In this document: positions 13,651 through 26,200 of the stretch, in pieces
Numbering within the stretch: position 1 is the stretch's first letter
Layout: every line of letters starts with the position of its first letter
From: Macrostomum lignano
Taxonomy: Eukaryota
Length of the DNA: 64,000 nucleotides
Direction: 5' to 3'
Assembly (NCBI GenBank): GCA_002269645.1
Contig: NIVC01002529.1
Span: 99,798-163,797, forward strand
Notes under the pieces: generated by a model
Databases searched by the model: none
What the model saw: the letters and a program-made list of their open reading frames with translations, nothing else
What the model was told of the DNA's origin: nothing
Translations under genes and position numbers: made by a program

Positions 13651-15266
13651 GGACTCTACAGGTGGCCACTTCAACTGCTGTCATAAAAATATAAGGCACC
13701 CTCTGTTCCGTCTCCTGTGATCCTCATTTTTTGTGGAATTATTATCCGCTCCTGTTTTATCCTTTCTTTTCTTTAATCTCCTCTATTTTCCGCTCGGTGG
13801 CGGACTTCGGCGGAGCCCCCCCGATGCGACGATCCTTTCTTTCGCTTCTTTGTGTGTGTTTGTATTTTTTGGTATAGGTTTGCTGGAAATCATCTCTTTC
13901 GCATCGCGCTGACTGGCTAGAGCTGGGGGGGTCTGCATGCAGAGCGGCGGCATCCCTCGGTGAGCAGAAACTGGGATTACACGCGCATTATGAGAGCAGT
14001 GCCGCGAGAAGCTCGAGGATTTAGACGGGGTGTGCTCGGGGCCCGAGTCCTCACTCCCAGCTCAGCTGAGCGGGGCCTCTCGCATCCCAGGGGAGAAGGA
14101 CGGAGAAAGGATTATCCTGAGGTTGGGCGGCGGCTCGCTTGGTCGGGAAATCCCCCGGCGCAGAAGAATCCCAAATCCTCATCCCGACCCTTTGCCCAGA
14201 GTCCGGCCAGCTTTTGTCTAGTTTTTGTTTCGGACCGGCCTCATTATTTTTCTTCAAGGATTCTGCTGGAAAAATTCTGTATTTTTCCCCAGCCCTGATT
14301 TACCTCCTCAGCTCTAAGTGTGGGGAGTCAATCAGCGCGAAAGCAGAAAAATCCGATGGCGCTGACGCGTTGGTTTTGCTTTTTTTCTTCTTTTAACTCC
14401 CCCAGCAAGCGATTATGAATTCAGAGAAGTTTTCCTGTAACTTTGGCGCAGTTTTCAACCAACTATAAGCGTCTTCACCTGGCGGACCCACTCGACTGCA
14501 TCCTCTTCAAATCTGGAGAAGATTCTATGAAACTTTCATAAACAGCCGGCAGCCTCCTGAATAATAGGAGCTGAGCTTACAGGTGCAGGCGGGCACACTG
14601 ATTTCAGCCCAGCAGCTAAGAAATCCCCGAGAGCTGAAGAAGCTTGGGAGCGGCGGCTTGTTGAGGCCAACTGCTTGCTTTTTTCTCTATAAGGTGCGAC
14701 TGCATTATTTTTGTTTCAAAGCTTGGCCTCTCTGTTCCGCTGCCGCGCTCTTCTTTCATTCTCTAGGGTTGGCCTCTTCAAAAATGGGGAATTAATTGAG
14801 AAATAGCCTAAGCGAGAAAAGTTTGTACACGCGGCTCCATGGCACTGGCGACAGATCTGCATGGCTTCGGATTTCACTGCAGCTCTATGGGGACTGTGCC
14901 GCGGGAATCCAGCCTCGCTTTCGTCACGAATAGCCCCCCCCCCCCCTGTGTTTGCCCAGAGCGAGCTGAGAAGATCTCAGTGTGGGATTTGTCTTGCTTC
15001 TTATAGCTCTGGAGAGAGAGAGAGAGAACCAGAACAGGATGGAGCCGAAACCACCAAGAGAACAGCAGCTCAGCTCCGCTCGGCTCAAAACTCTCGAGAT
15101 CCTATCGGCCAGAGTTGAGCGTCGGAATCTCCTTCGAGCTACAAACAGACTCAAATTCCCCCCTCCCTCTCTCACTATTCCTTATCACTTTTGCTGCTTC
15201 TGCTGCCGCTGCCAGCTTTCCCTTGGCTCTCATTGCTTTGAGCCACCAGACGGATGGCCGGGACAG

Positions 15267-15268
<2 letters not shown>

Positions 15269-15312
<44 letters not shown>

Positions 15313-15332
15313 TGTGTGTGTGTGTGTGTGTG
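15269..15332. repeat. Compound (GA)n(GT)n microsatellite
   Basis: Direct inspection. Confidence 0.95.
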
Positions 15333-16494
15333 TGCTGATCGAGCTGTCGGCACGCAAGATTCATTCATTCACCTCTTCTATACTTCCTTAGCAGCTGCAA
15401 CGGTGCCAGACTGTGAGAAGGCGCCCAGCTGCCGATGAAGCATGCAGGGCAGGGGGGCTGGTAGGGAATGGGGGATGGCTCACTCTGGGATGAAGAGATG
15501 AGAGCGAGGAAAGGTGGCGAACAGAGTCTGCAGCAGCTGCAGTTGCCAGCCCAAACAGAAGCCACTGTCTTTAAACGCACTGCGCTGCGCCCGGTTATAT
15601 AAAAATGTGAACGAAGCTTTTGCCTGGGAAAGTTTTTCTCCTGGCTCTGGTTTTTTTCTCGGAATTTAATCCGACCCCAGCTCAGGTGAGTAGCGAGCGC
15701 AGCGGGCGGTCTCAATAATTCAAAGCGTCAACACTGAGCAGTCGGGACCCAGGGCATGCAGAGTTTGGGAGACTCCTTGACCAAGGAGGTTGAGTGCAGA
15801 GTTCTATCCCTGGTTTCTGTCTGCCTCGGGCGCACCTGACGGGGATTGCATCCAATTTTCCTCACCTTCTTTACCTTTAAGTTTGGGGGGGGGGTTCAGA
15901 AGAGTCGCTGCCATGCGAAAATGCTAAAACTGAAACTGGGCTGACCCATTGCGCATTCTGCTAGAGTTTGTTCTCTCCTCAATACTCCATGCTAAACTGC
16001 CAGCCAAGAACAGCTGAAGAAGTCAAACTTTCGCTTCGAAGCCAAGCTCAAACATCCTGCTGCTCGCCGGTGATGGAGGGAGGCGGCCGCCAAACTCTTA
16101 GAGTTTGCAAACAATTGAGGGGTCGGTCGGTCGGCTGGGACGCGCGACGGGTGCCAGATTTTAGGGCTGGGGATTGGGGGGGTGGCGTTTGCATTCTGCC
16201 TGGTCTTCTAGGAGAGTCTGGAGTTCCGATATGGCCTCAGCTTCCTGCTTGCCTCATCTGCCTGGCACTTCTCCCTTCCTCTTTTGCCCTCTTCCTGCTG
16301 GAGAGGTCGCCTGAGCTTACACTTTGCGCGCGGTAAACAGAGGGACTGAGAGTGGAGCAGCATTTGAGCGTCTTTGTTTATTTAGCGGTAACTTTTTTAA
16401 AAAGCAAGCAGTCGATCTGTCAGCTGAATTTGGAATTTCTTTGGACCATGAGGCTCGACACCTGGTGTAGTCAGTCGTAATTTCTCAATATTTG

Positions 16495-17062
16495 TGCTCA
16501 GTGTTCTCGCTGAGACATCAGAGAGCCTCAGTGTTCTTACTGAGACATCAGAGAGCCTCGGTGTTCTCACTGAGACATCAGAGAGCCTCGGTGTTCTCAC
16601 TGAGACATCAGAGAGCCTCGGTGTTCTCGCTGAGACATCAGAGAGCCTCAGTGTTCTCACTGAGACATCAGAGAGCCTCAGTGTTCTCACTGAGACATCA
16701 GAGAGCCTCGGTGTTCTCGCTGAGACATCAGAGAGCCTCAGTGTTCTTACTGAGACATCAGAGAGCCTCGGTGTTCTCGCTGAGACATCAGAGAGCCTCA
16801 GTGTTCTCACTGAGACATCAGAGAGCCTCGGTGTTCTCACTGAGACATCAGAGAGCCTCGGTGTTCTCGCTGAGACATCAGAGAGCCTCAGTGTTCTTAC
16901 TGAGACATCAGAGAGCCTCGGTGTTCTCACTGAGACATCAGAGAGCCTCGGTGTTCTCGCTGAGACATCAGAGAGCCTCAGTGTTCTCGCTAAGACATCA
17001 GAGAGCCTCGGTGTTCTCGCTAAGACATCAGAGAGCCTCGGTGTTCTTACTGAGACATCAAA
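16495..17062. repeat. 30-bp minisatellite, locus 2 (same family as 12868-13268), ~19 copies
   Basis: Same unit and orientation as locus 1. It explains the TPRLSDVSVR ORFs. Confidence 0.96.
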
Positions 17063-17636
17063 GAACGTCGCTAGTCCTAAAGCACCTGAACTCTTCCACA
17101 AAATTCACGCATTCCAGCGGTTATTTAGCCAAAACAATTGAGCCAACTTCCATGACAAATGCAAAGATTTTTGTGTCACATGAGTGTGTCTGTGTTTGCA
17201 GTGCACGATTGAGGGTCTCACAAATTAAAAGTTCGGTTTTGCATTTATATATTTTTTATATTTATAGCAAGCGCGCTAGCGGCGCAACGTAGTAATATAA
17301 ACTATGTTATTGAATATATATGTTACTATTTGGATAGGCATATATGCTTCAAATGTGGGACAACTTTGAACAGGAGGACAAACCAACAAGCAAGCCGAAG
17401 GAACTGAATTTTAAAAGAACAACAAAACTTTCCCAGTAAAGAGCTTTTGCAATTGCAGTTAAGTGTGATTTGACATCATTTTTTCATTGAAAAGAGAGAG
17501 AAAACATGATGAGATTGCGCTGGGGTGTGGGAGGGTGCTCAAACACAAGCTTTTGTGCAACAATCATTTAGCGATAAGGATCAAAGAACTCGCGCAGACT
17601 GAGGTAGTGTGTACCCGCTGACCCCGCCAGGTCGTG

Positions 17637-17827
17637 CTGATTGGTCAGTGCTACCCTTGCACCAATGTGTCTCTAGGCCAGTGACTGGTCAGTGCTACCC
17701 CTGCACCAATGTGTCTCTAGGCCAGTGATTGGTCAGTGCTACCCTTGCACCAATGTGTCTCTAGGCCAGTGACTGGTCAGTGCTACCCCTGCACCAATGT
17801 GTCTCTAGGCCCGTGACTGGTCAGTGC
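17637..17827. repeat. 44-bp tandem repeat, ~4.3 copies
   Basis: TGGTCAGTGCTACCC recurs at 17642, 17686 and onward. Confidence 0.92.
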
Positions 17828-18344
17828 CCAGATATCATGAGTTAGTGTTTTTTTCAAACTAATCTTCAAGCCAATTACCAGTAAATGTGGCGACAAAATA
17901 ATTACTCATTGACAGGAGAAAAAGCCAATCTCATCAAGCAGACTGGAAAATTCTGGGAAAGGTCAACTCAGGTCCAACCAGACAGCAACAGTTCCAGCCA
18001 TGTCGAGATTTGCACAGTGCCAAAGACGAAGCGTACAAATAAATCCAATGCTACTACTAAGTTTAAGTAGAAATTAGCGGATTTACTAATTCAATTCCCG
18101 ATTGCCGCAAGCCCGCAGAGCAATGAAGATGTCAAACAGATGAATATTGCGTGGCAGGTGCTGTCTATAGGAGTTGGGAGGGACAGCATGCTCCGGTGCT
18201 TCTGCACTGCGAGTCTGCTAAATAGAATATCACGACAGTTCAGTAACAATCTAGGCAAAATTTTCCAAAGGATTCGCTCGGCAGCAAAGGCGGTGGTCCT
18301 GTCCGCAGAGGGCCTGTCTGTGAGAGGGTGCAGGGGGCCCCGGA

Positions 18345-21300
18345 TCACCAGGACTCGGTCGCTGCCGCCGATGATGTCGCCGCAACTGTCGCGACTGACG
18401 ATGGCGGTGGCGGCGGCGGCGGCGGTGGCGGCGGCGGTGGTGGAGGCGCCGCGGGAGGCAGTCCGGAGCTGGGGCCAGCGCCCGAGGCCGGGTGGTCCAT
18501 CGAAGGCGGCGGAGGCGGCGGCAGAGGCTGCAGATACGAATGCGGCGGCGGCGGCGGCGGCGGCGGCAGGCCAGGCGGAAAGTCGGGATGGCCAAAGAAC
18601 TGCGGCCCGTCTGCGTGGGCGGAGGATTGGCGGATTTGTGCGTCAAAAAAAAGATGAAGAGGAGCCGCTCTAAGACAAAACTGCGGGCCCCTGGTACATG
18701 CGCTTCTTCATCCAGTCTGATGTTTTCTTTCAAAAGTGAGAAACAGCGCAAGCAGCAGGCGGCATTGGGCGGCCGTTTTGGCACCCCGGGTGTGGCGAGT
18801 TTGCATTCCAGAGCGCCGGAAACACTTCATACAGTATAGAGATCGCTTCTGGGAATCACTTCCCCGTCTTAGCGGGGCGTCCGGGCTGGCGGAATTAGGA
18901 TCTGGGAGATTCCTTTTGGCGCGGACTGTCTCCGAGGGGGGAGGGGAATGGGCGATAAGCATCTGCCTACCTACCCAGGAATTGACAGGACGGGGGGGGG
19001 CTCGAGGCAAAGAAAAGGTTCGAAATCTCGTGCCCCAAAGTGTGGCCAAGGCGCTTCCCCTTTCGCCCGCTCCCCCACCCCCTGTTGCGCGCGTGTTGCA
19101 ACAACACAGAGAGGTGTCTGCTAGAGGGAGGCGGATTGCGGGCGTCGCAGAGAGCGCAGGTGACAGCGATTTGTCACCTCGGCCAGGCGGCCGGACAACT
19201 AATATTTGTCCTGCGCTGACACGGAAAGCAAAGGGACAGATTGTCCGGCGGGTGAGGGAGGGAGCTATAGCTTTGACAATGGTGAGACAGAAGATATATT
19301 GAGAGAGGGGGGGGGGGGGGCAGCGAGAGGCTGAGAAATTGTCGCCAACTGTCGCGGTTCGCTTGTCTCTCCTGGGGGGGGGAGTTCCTTAAGAAGCCCA
19401 CTGTTGCAAAGTCTCTGTGGCGCGCGGTTTAGCCTCGACTGTAGTTCAGTTTTTCAGCTTCTAATCTCCTCCCATCATCAACTGTTGCTACGGACTCCGT
19501 TGGGCAGGGGTGGGGGGGGGAATTTCAGCTAGCGCGGACGAACCTGCGGCACGCGTCACCTCCTTCTCAGCAGGGGGAGGCCGTCAGCCCGCTGCTGACA
19601 AAGTTGCATCCCAAAGTAGAGAGACAGCCAACTAAATCCCCCCAGAAAACCGAAGGGCGTGTTGTATAGGGACACACGCGCTCGCTGCCGCCACTTGCCC
19701 ATGGAAGCGGCCAAGCAGAAGGACTCCGATCTGGAGGGGTCGAGGCGATCGCCTCAAGCTCCTCTCGTCTGTCCCAGCCTCCCCCCTCCCACCCGGACTT
19801 GGGACGAGCTTCTTTTCAAGTGAGAAAGACCGGCACCCCCGCCCGGCCAGCCAGCCAGCCATCGAATTGCCCAGGCAAGTTGCAGGCAGAGTCGGACAAC
19901 TCTGTATGTGTGTGTTGTGTCTGTGTCTGGGCGAGTCTGTGTGTGTGCACCCAGGCTCCCGTCCCCCGAGACGGACTCCATCATCTGATGTAATCAAGCG
20001 GAAGGCCGACTGCCCCCAGCACCGCCGCGCTCTCTCACACACACACGCACACACACACAGCTCCATCGTGTCGCATGGAGCATTGTGTACAATCGAATTC
20101 CGCTTCGAATCCCTTATTATTCGAGTAGTCCTTGGCCACCCCCCCCCTCCTTACTTCTTATCGTGGTTGCTGCCGCAGGCTGAAATCCCGAACGGAGCTA
20201 TTGACACTGCCCGGCATTATACTTTCTCCGTGCCCTCTCCTCCCCCTTGGGGTCAGGTCTACGCGAGAACTGGGCAAAGCAGCTTTGCAGTGCGATAGAC
20301 AATAGCAACAGAATATTTCTAGAATAAAAGAAAGAATCAAGACCTCCTCCAAGGCAAATCTTTTAGCTTTATACACTTGTAGATAGGGCTTGACTCGACA
20401 GCCAGTCAGTCAGAGAGCAGGCAAGCTGCTGTTGGGGGGTGGAGTCGGGTAGACAAACCCTGAGCTAAAGCCAGGTGCCACTGACTATCTATAGGTCCCC
20501 GAGCTCCTGTCCCTCCTCCTCAATTGCGCCTATTCAAAGCCGACTTATGAGCTTTGCCGCTAAACCCTCACCACCCCACCCCAATAGTGATTGATTAGCA
20601 GTGTGTGGGCCAACACCTTGGCCGGGAGCAGTGGGATTGGCAAAAAATTTTAGGGAAATATGGGATTCAATTGCTTTGATAGAAATATAAATCACTAATA
20701 AAGTACAGATTAGAGCATCCAGAATATGCGTAGGTACTCACCGCCGTGCATGCCGGGCTCCATTGGGGGTCCTTGAACGCCTGGCGGCAACGGAAAATGC
20801 GGTTGAGCACCCGGATGGAAAAAGTGTTCGCCAGGGTGATAAACCGGCGAGTAGCCGTTGTAGAATTCAGCATTTTCTGCAAGGTTGCGTAGGCGATTAT
20901 GTCTGTGGTAGCTATTGCCATGCTGTCTATGGTAGCTATTCCCATTCTGTCTATGGTAATTCCCATTCTGTCTATGGTAGCTATTCCCATTCTGTCTATG
21001 GTAGCTATTCTCATTCTGTCTATGGTAGCTATTACCATGCTGTCTATGGTAGCGATTCCCATGCTGTCTATGGTAGCTATTACCATGCTGTCTATGGTAG
21101 CTATTCCCATGCTGTCTATGGTAGCTATTACCATGCTGTCTATGGTAGCTATTCCCATGCTCTCTATGGTAGCTATTCTCATTCTGTCTATGGTAGCTAT
21201 TACCATGCTGTCTATGGTAGCGATTCCCATGCTGTCTATGGTAGCTATTACCATGCTGTCTATGGTAGCTATTCCCATGCTGTCTATGGTAGCTATTACC

Positions 21301-23206
21301 ATGCTGTCTATGGTAGCTATTCCCATGCTCTCTATGGTAGCTATTCTCATTCTGTCTATGGTAGCTATTACCATGCTGTCTATGGTAGCTATTCCCATCA
21401 TGTCTATGGTAGCTATTCCCATGCTGTCTATGGTAGCTATTCCCATACTATCTAAGGTAGCTATTCTCACCCTATCCGACACTATTCCCGAACTAGCTCG
21501 AGCTCTTACCGAAGTAGCTGAAAGCCAGCAGTTCGCCGCTGTCGCCCATATCGTCAGGGCCCATGCCGGCTCGCAGCGCTCGCATTCGTCGGGGATTGCG
21601 AAAGAATCCGCGCCTGGCGCCCATGGCGCTTAACTGTTTCATGCGGCGCTCTTTGCTGCGCCGGTTTTGAAACCAAACCTGTGGCGAAAATACATGTAAT
21701 AAAGTACAAAACTCAGTTGCGAATGTATAGAGCTATCACCCATACTAAATGGAGTGTGTGTGTGTGCGTGTGTGTGTTGGTGTGTGTGGTACAACACACA
21801 CACTGGGAGAGGTCACCAGCCCGTGTCAGATTTCGGAGCCCTCAAGTGGACCCTCCTCAACCATACTTAAGCGCGACTCGCCTAGATGGTAGCGGGTATT
21901 GGTCTCAGACCCTGCATGAGGACCCCCAAGGATTTAGGGAAGAGAGGAAGAGATAGGAAGAGAGTGAAAGCAGTCTTGAGCAGCTGGACTGGACAGGCGC
22001 TGTCGTCGGCACTCCCGTGTGACAGGCTGGGGGGTGCTGTTTGTCGAGGACTTGGCACACTCACCGCGGAGAGGCATGCAGGACAAGACAACGCGGATAG
22101 AGCGAGAGAGGAGAGGTGGAGAATAAATCTGACATCCTGCAGCCTCTCTCGTCTCCATCTTGCAGGGCTCAGCGTCCCTAGGAATTCCGGGGTAATTTCC
22201 GAGCTAAACGCTGCCGCCAGTCCCCCCCCCCCGTTTTTTCTTTGTTAAATTTAACCGGAACAAATTTTTTGAATGGAAAAGGAAATGGAAAATTTGGAAT
22301 AATAATAGTCGAATTGAAGGAAACCGCTCTTGACCCCCTGGACTTAGAAATTTCCCCTATAGTCCCGTTCCTGGTGCAGCTTCCAGCGTTGAAAAACCTG
22401 CAGTGGGGAGACTTTCCCCCCGGTTCCTTCCGCTCTTCTCTCTCTCTCTCTCTCTGCTCAGCGGGACCGCCTCTCGAGGCTGCCCGAGTTCAGCCCGAGG
22501 GGAGGTGCCGCATCAGCGACTCATCTATAAGCTCCTGCCGCTGTCGGTGGCTCCCACACCTCTGGCCGGCTTCTCAACCTCGCGACTCCCCTGGGAATCC
22601 CCTGGGAGACGAGAGAGAGCGGGGAGAGGAGCTACAGTTAGAGCCTTGATATCTTCGGCAAAACTTGAGTGCGCTGCTACTTCCTCGCCGGGCCTGTCTG
22701 AAGGTTCGTCACCTCCCGCCTCAGCAGATGCAAGCTCGTATACAATATAGATATTTGAGCACACAGCTGGCTAGACTCATTCCCTACCTGGATGACGCGC
22801 ATGTTCAGCCCGGTCTCCTGGGCGAGCTGCTCCCGGATGTGTCGCGTCGGCTTTGGCGTAGCCGCGAAGGCCGCTTTGAGCGTCTCCAGCTGCTTGGCTT
22901 TGATGGTCGTGCGCGGCCCCCGCCGCTTGCTGCCAGCCGCCTGCGGGCCGCCGCCTCCGCCGCCGCTGCCGCCGCCGCCACCGCCAGCGCCGCCGTTGCA
23001 GCCGCCGCTGCCGAGTTTTCCATCGCCGATGCCGTCGCCGGCGGAGCCCTGCGTGGATTCGTCGCCGGAGGCTGCCTCATCGTCGTCGCCAACGTCGTCG
23101 TCGTCCTCGCCGGACGCCTTCGGATCGACGAGATCGTCGAGGTTCAGGTCCAGCTCGCTCTCCTTGCTGCCGTAGTTGCCACCGAGGCCGCCGCCGCAGC
23201 CACCAG

Positions 23207-23237
<31 letters not shown>

Positions 23238-26200
23238 GACTCCGCTCATGCCGACGAGGCCGAAGCCGCTGTTGGCTCCAGCGACTGCCGCGGCTGCGGA
23301 AGCGGCGGCGGCAGCTGCGGCGGCAGCGGCAGACGAGGAGGCCACCGCGCAGCCGTCCAGTCCATCGCAAGGCTCCGAGGAGTTGGGCGACGGCACGCCG
23401 ACCGAGCTGGCCGAGTTATTGTTGTTGCTAAGCAGCTCCTCCTTTGGGCTGGTGGAGGCGGCGGCGGCGACTGCCATTGAGGACAGTGCGGGAGAGCCGC
23501 CGACCACAGCGGGCAGACAGGCGGGATCGAATGCCGCCTCATCGGAGTCTGGCAGCGGAAGGAAATTGGGATTGAGGCTTGCAAAAATGAACGGGATTGT
23601 TTCAGTGCTGCTTGTTGCATTTCCTGCACCTTCGGAAAGAAAATCAGAGCAGCAATCTGGCTACAGGAAGAAGCCGCTTGCTCGGCCTCATTAGCTCATT
23701 AGCATATTCATGAGAGAGATTTAACGGCTCCTGCCTTTTGCCGATACAGTTCGCCTTCTCTCTCCTCCCCCCCTGTTTTAAGGTCGATTTTTTGCTGTCA
23801 CCGTAATGCGCCCGACCTCATTAGCATAATGCACGGGCCTCATTTGCCTGTTTTGAGTCGGGAAAATCTGCAACCAAGAATCGAAATTCCGCGCACCGCC
23901 TGTCAAAGGCGCTCGCATATGAAATTCAATAATGCAAGTTTTTTTTCACTCGCACTAACCCCGGGCCCTATAGAGCCAGCATAGCAACTAAAACTGCGGT
24001 GATGCAATTGCGTTAGAAACCAGTCGGCTGCTTCAAACCTCTTGAATTATTATACAATCTGGAGAGCTATAATGCGGTAACAAACTTTACTCTGCGGCAG
24101 GCATGCCAGCTATGGGAATCTGGCGGCTGCTCTCTGCAGGTGATGCGCGGGAGAGATAGGAGGCAAGGGACAAGAGAGATAAACAGAGAGAGAGAGGTAG
24201 AGAGAGAGAGAGAGAGTCTCCTGAAAACCCAGAGGCTCCCGCGGGCCACCCGGAACGGGAGCAGCAGCAGCCGCAGATTGAGAATCAAGCGGACACACAC
24301 ACGCACACGCACACACACACTAATCTCGCCAAGCCAGACCCCTCACCTCGATACCCTAAGCTATACTCGTACATGGGAAATCGATGCTCAAAGTGTGAGC
24401 TTCTGTCTGCGACTGGACCCTTCAATCTCTCCCTCTCTCTCCTCACTCTCTCTCTCTCGCGCGCGCTGCAGCTCAATCGTTATCGGACCGGGACCAGAGT
24501 TTCCCACCCCAGCTGGTTGGCCACGGCATGCGGTATATATTATCTTTAGCTAAGGGAAATTTCTGCCTTTTGGTTGGAAGCGCGCGTGTGCACGGTTGGA
24601 CTGGCCCTGACTTGCTCGGCAACCCGGGCCCCGAGGCCCAGCAGCTGGTCCAGGCTGACTGCTCGCGCTTCAGTCGCCAATTATCGTTGTTGGTGCAACC
24701 TGCAATCTAAAACTATAGGGATGAAGGAGTAGAGAGGGAAAGGGGAAGAGGGCAACACAGATTTTCTTCTCGACTTGCTCCTGTCGGCGCGTTGCCAGAG
24801 CCTCTGTGTGCGCACACTTTCCCTATATTTATTGGGCGTCAAGATCTGTCATCGCAACACTTGACTTGACAACCGTCTGGAGGGAGATGCCGGATTGATA
24901 TGGCGAAGTGACGTCAGCTGAAATATTTAGACGGCCAAGAAACCAATGGGTCCGAAGCTTAGCAAAACTAATTAGAATTAATCTGCAGGCAAGGCAAAAG
25001 CGCAGTGTGGCAGCCGAATCGACTTTACGGCTCGTACTATAAAGAAAAGCAGTATGCTACAATCTGCTTTTTTATGCCCCAAGCGAGAGGAGTGCTTGTT
25101 ACTGTATAGTTTTCCGCCACCGCTGTGCGCCTTGCAATTTCCTTTTATTCACTGTTTTTCTTCTTCCTTCTTCTAGGAGCAGAGTTTTCTTCTTCAAAAA
25201 AAGTTAGAGAAGTCGCGCGACTCGCGGGCCTGAGACTCCAGTCATTTATGATCTCTCACGGGTTGGAATGAAAGCAGCTAAGGTAATTAATTCCATCACC
25301 TGCTGCTGGTCATAAATACATGAAAGTGAAAGCTGATACAGCCGCCCCGCCTCCTGTCGCACTCCCCTCTGCCTCTGCCTACTGTTAGAATCCAGAAACA
25401 CAGCGGCAAAGGCGACACTAAATAAAACTGAGCGGCTCCTCCCATTTCAGTCGATCGCGTGGCACACAGCAAGTGGCGACTAAACTGGATTTTAAACTGG
25501 ATGCTTGACTTTGGGAAAATTTTAGAAAAGGTCATTTTTAGGATATAGGACTGGTAGTTGGTAATGCTATTAGTCCCTAGATAGGTCTGTTGAGTTGTCT
25601 CTCGGTACCTCTCCAGATCTTTCTGTAGATGCTTGGATTTCTATCTAGATATTTCTCTAGACATATCGCAAGTCCTTTATCTATATCTATAGATGTCTAA
25701 CTAGATCTCTATATATTTACCTAGGTATCTAGATGTCTGTCTACCTATATGTCAAGATGTCTACCATATCTCTAGTTGCCTACCTACATCTCTAGATGCG
25801 TACCTAGGTGTCTAGATGTACCTACACGGAATACCTCTAAATTTCTAGCCAGCTCTTTTAGAGGACTACCTATATATCTAGATGTGTACCTAGATCTCTG
25901 GATATCTACCTATATCTCTTTCTCTAGATTTCTACTCAGATCTTTTATATGATTTGTTATGAGTACCTATGTCTCTAAGTGTGTAGATATTTCACTAGAT
26001 ATCGCCCTAGAGTTCTTCTAGATCTCCAAAACTTTATAAATCGACAACAAAAGTTACACTAGTTCGAAAAACGCCTCAAAGAGAAGGTTATGAGGAATTA
26101 TCTGGGCTGCGAACAGTGGAGCAGACGGGCGGCACATCAGGCTTTCATGTCAGGCCGTCCCTTCTGCCTTCCCAATCCATCATGCCTCTATGAAACACAG

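Noticed and set aside
17600-17625. let-7 microRNA gene (TGAGGTAGT...)
   Set aside because: Only the first 9 nt match, and there is no complementary star arm or hairpin nearby.
18140-19302. Plus-strand Ala/Gly-rich ORFs over the Lhx1/5 last exon and intron
   Set aside because: They are shadows of GC-rich CCG/GCG codon runs on the opposite strand, with no domain.
20667-21633. ORFs MGIATIDS / YGSYSHAV / MVAIPMLS
   Set aside because: They are translations of the 24-bp array inside Lhx1/5 intron 4. The true exons flank it in other frames.
22665-23694. Plus-strand ORFs overlapping Lhx1/5 exon 3
   Set aside because: Antisense shadows of a GC-rich homeobox exon.
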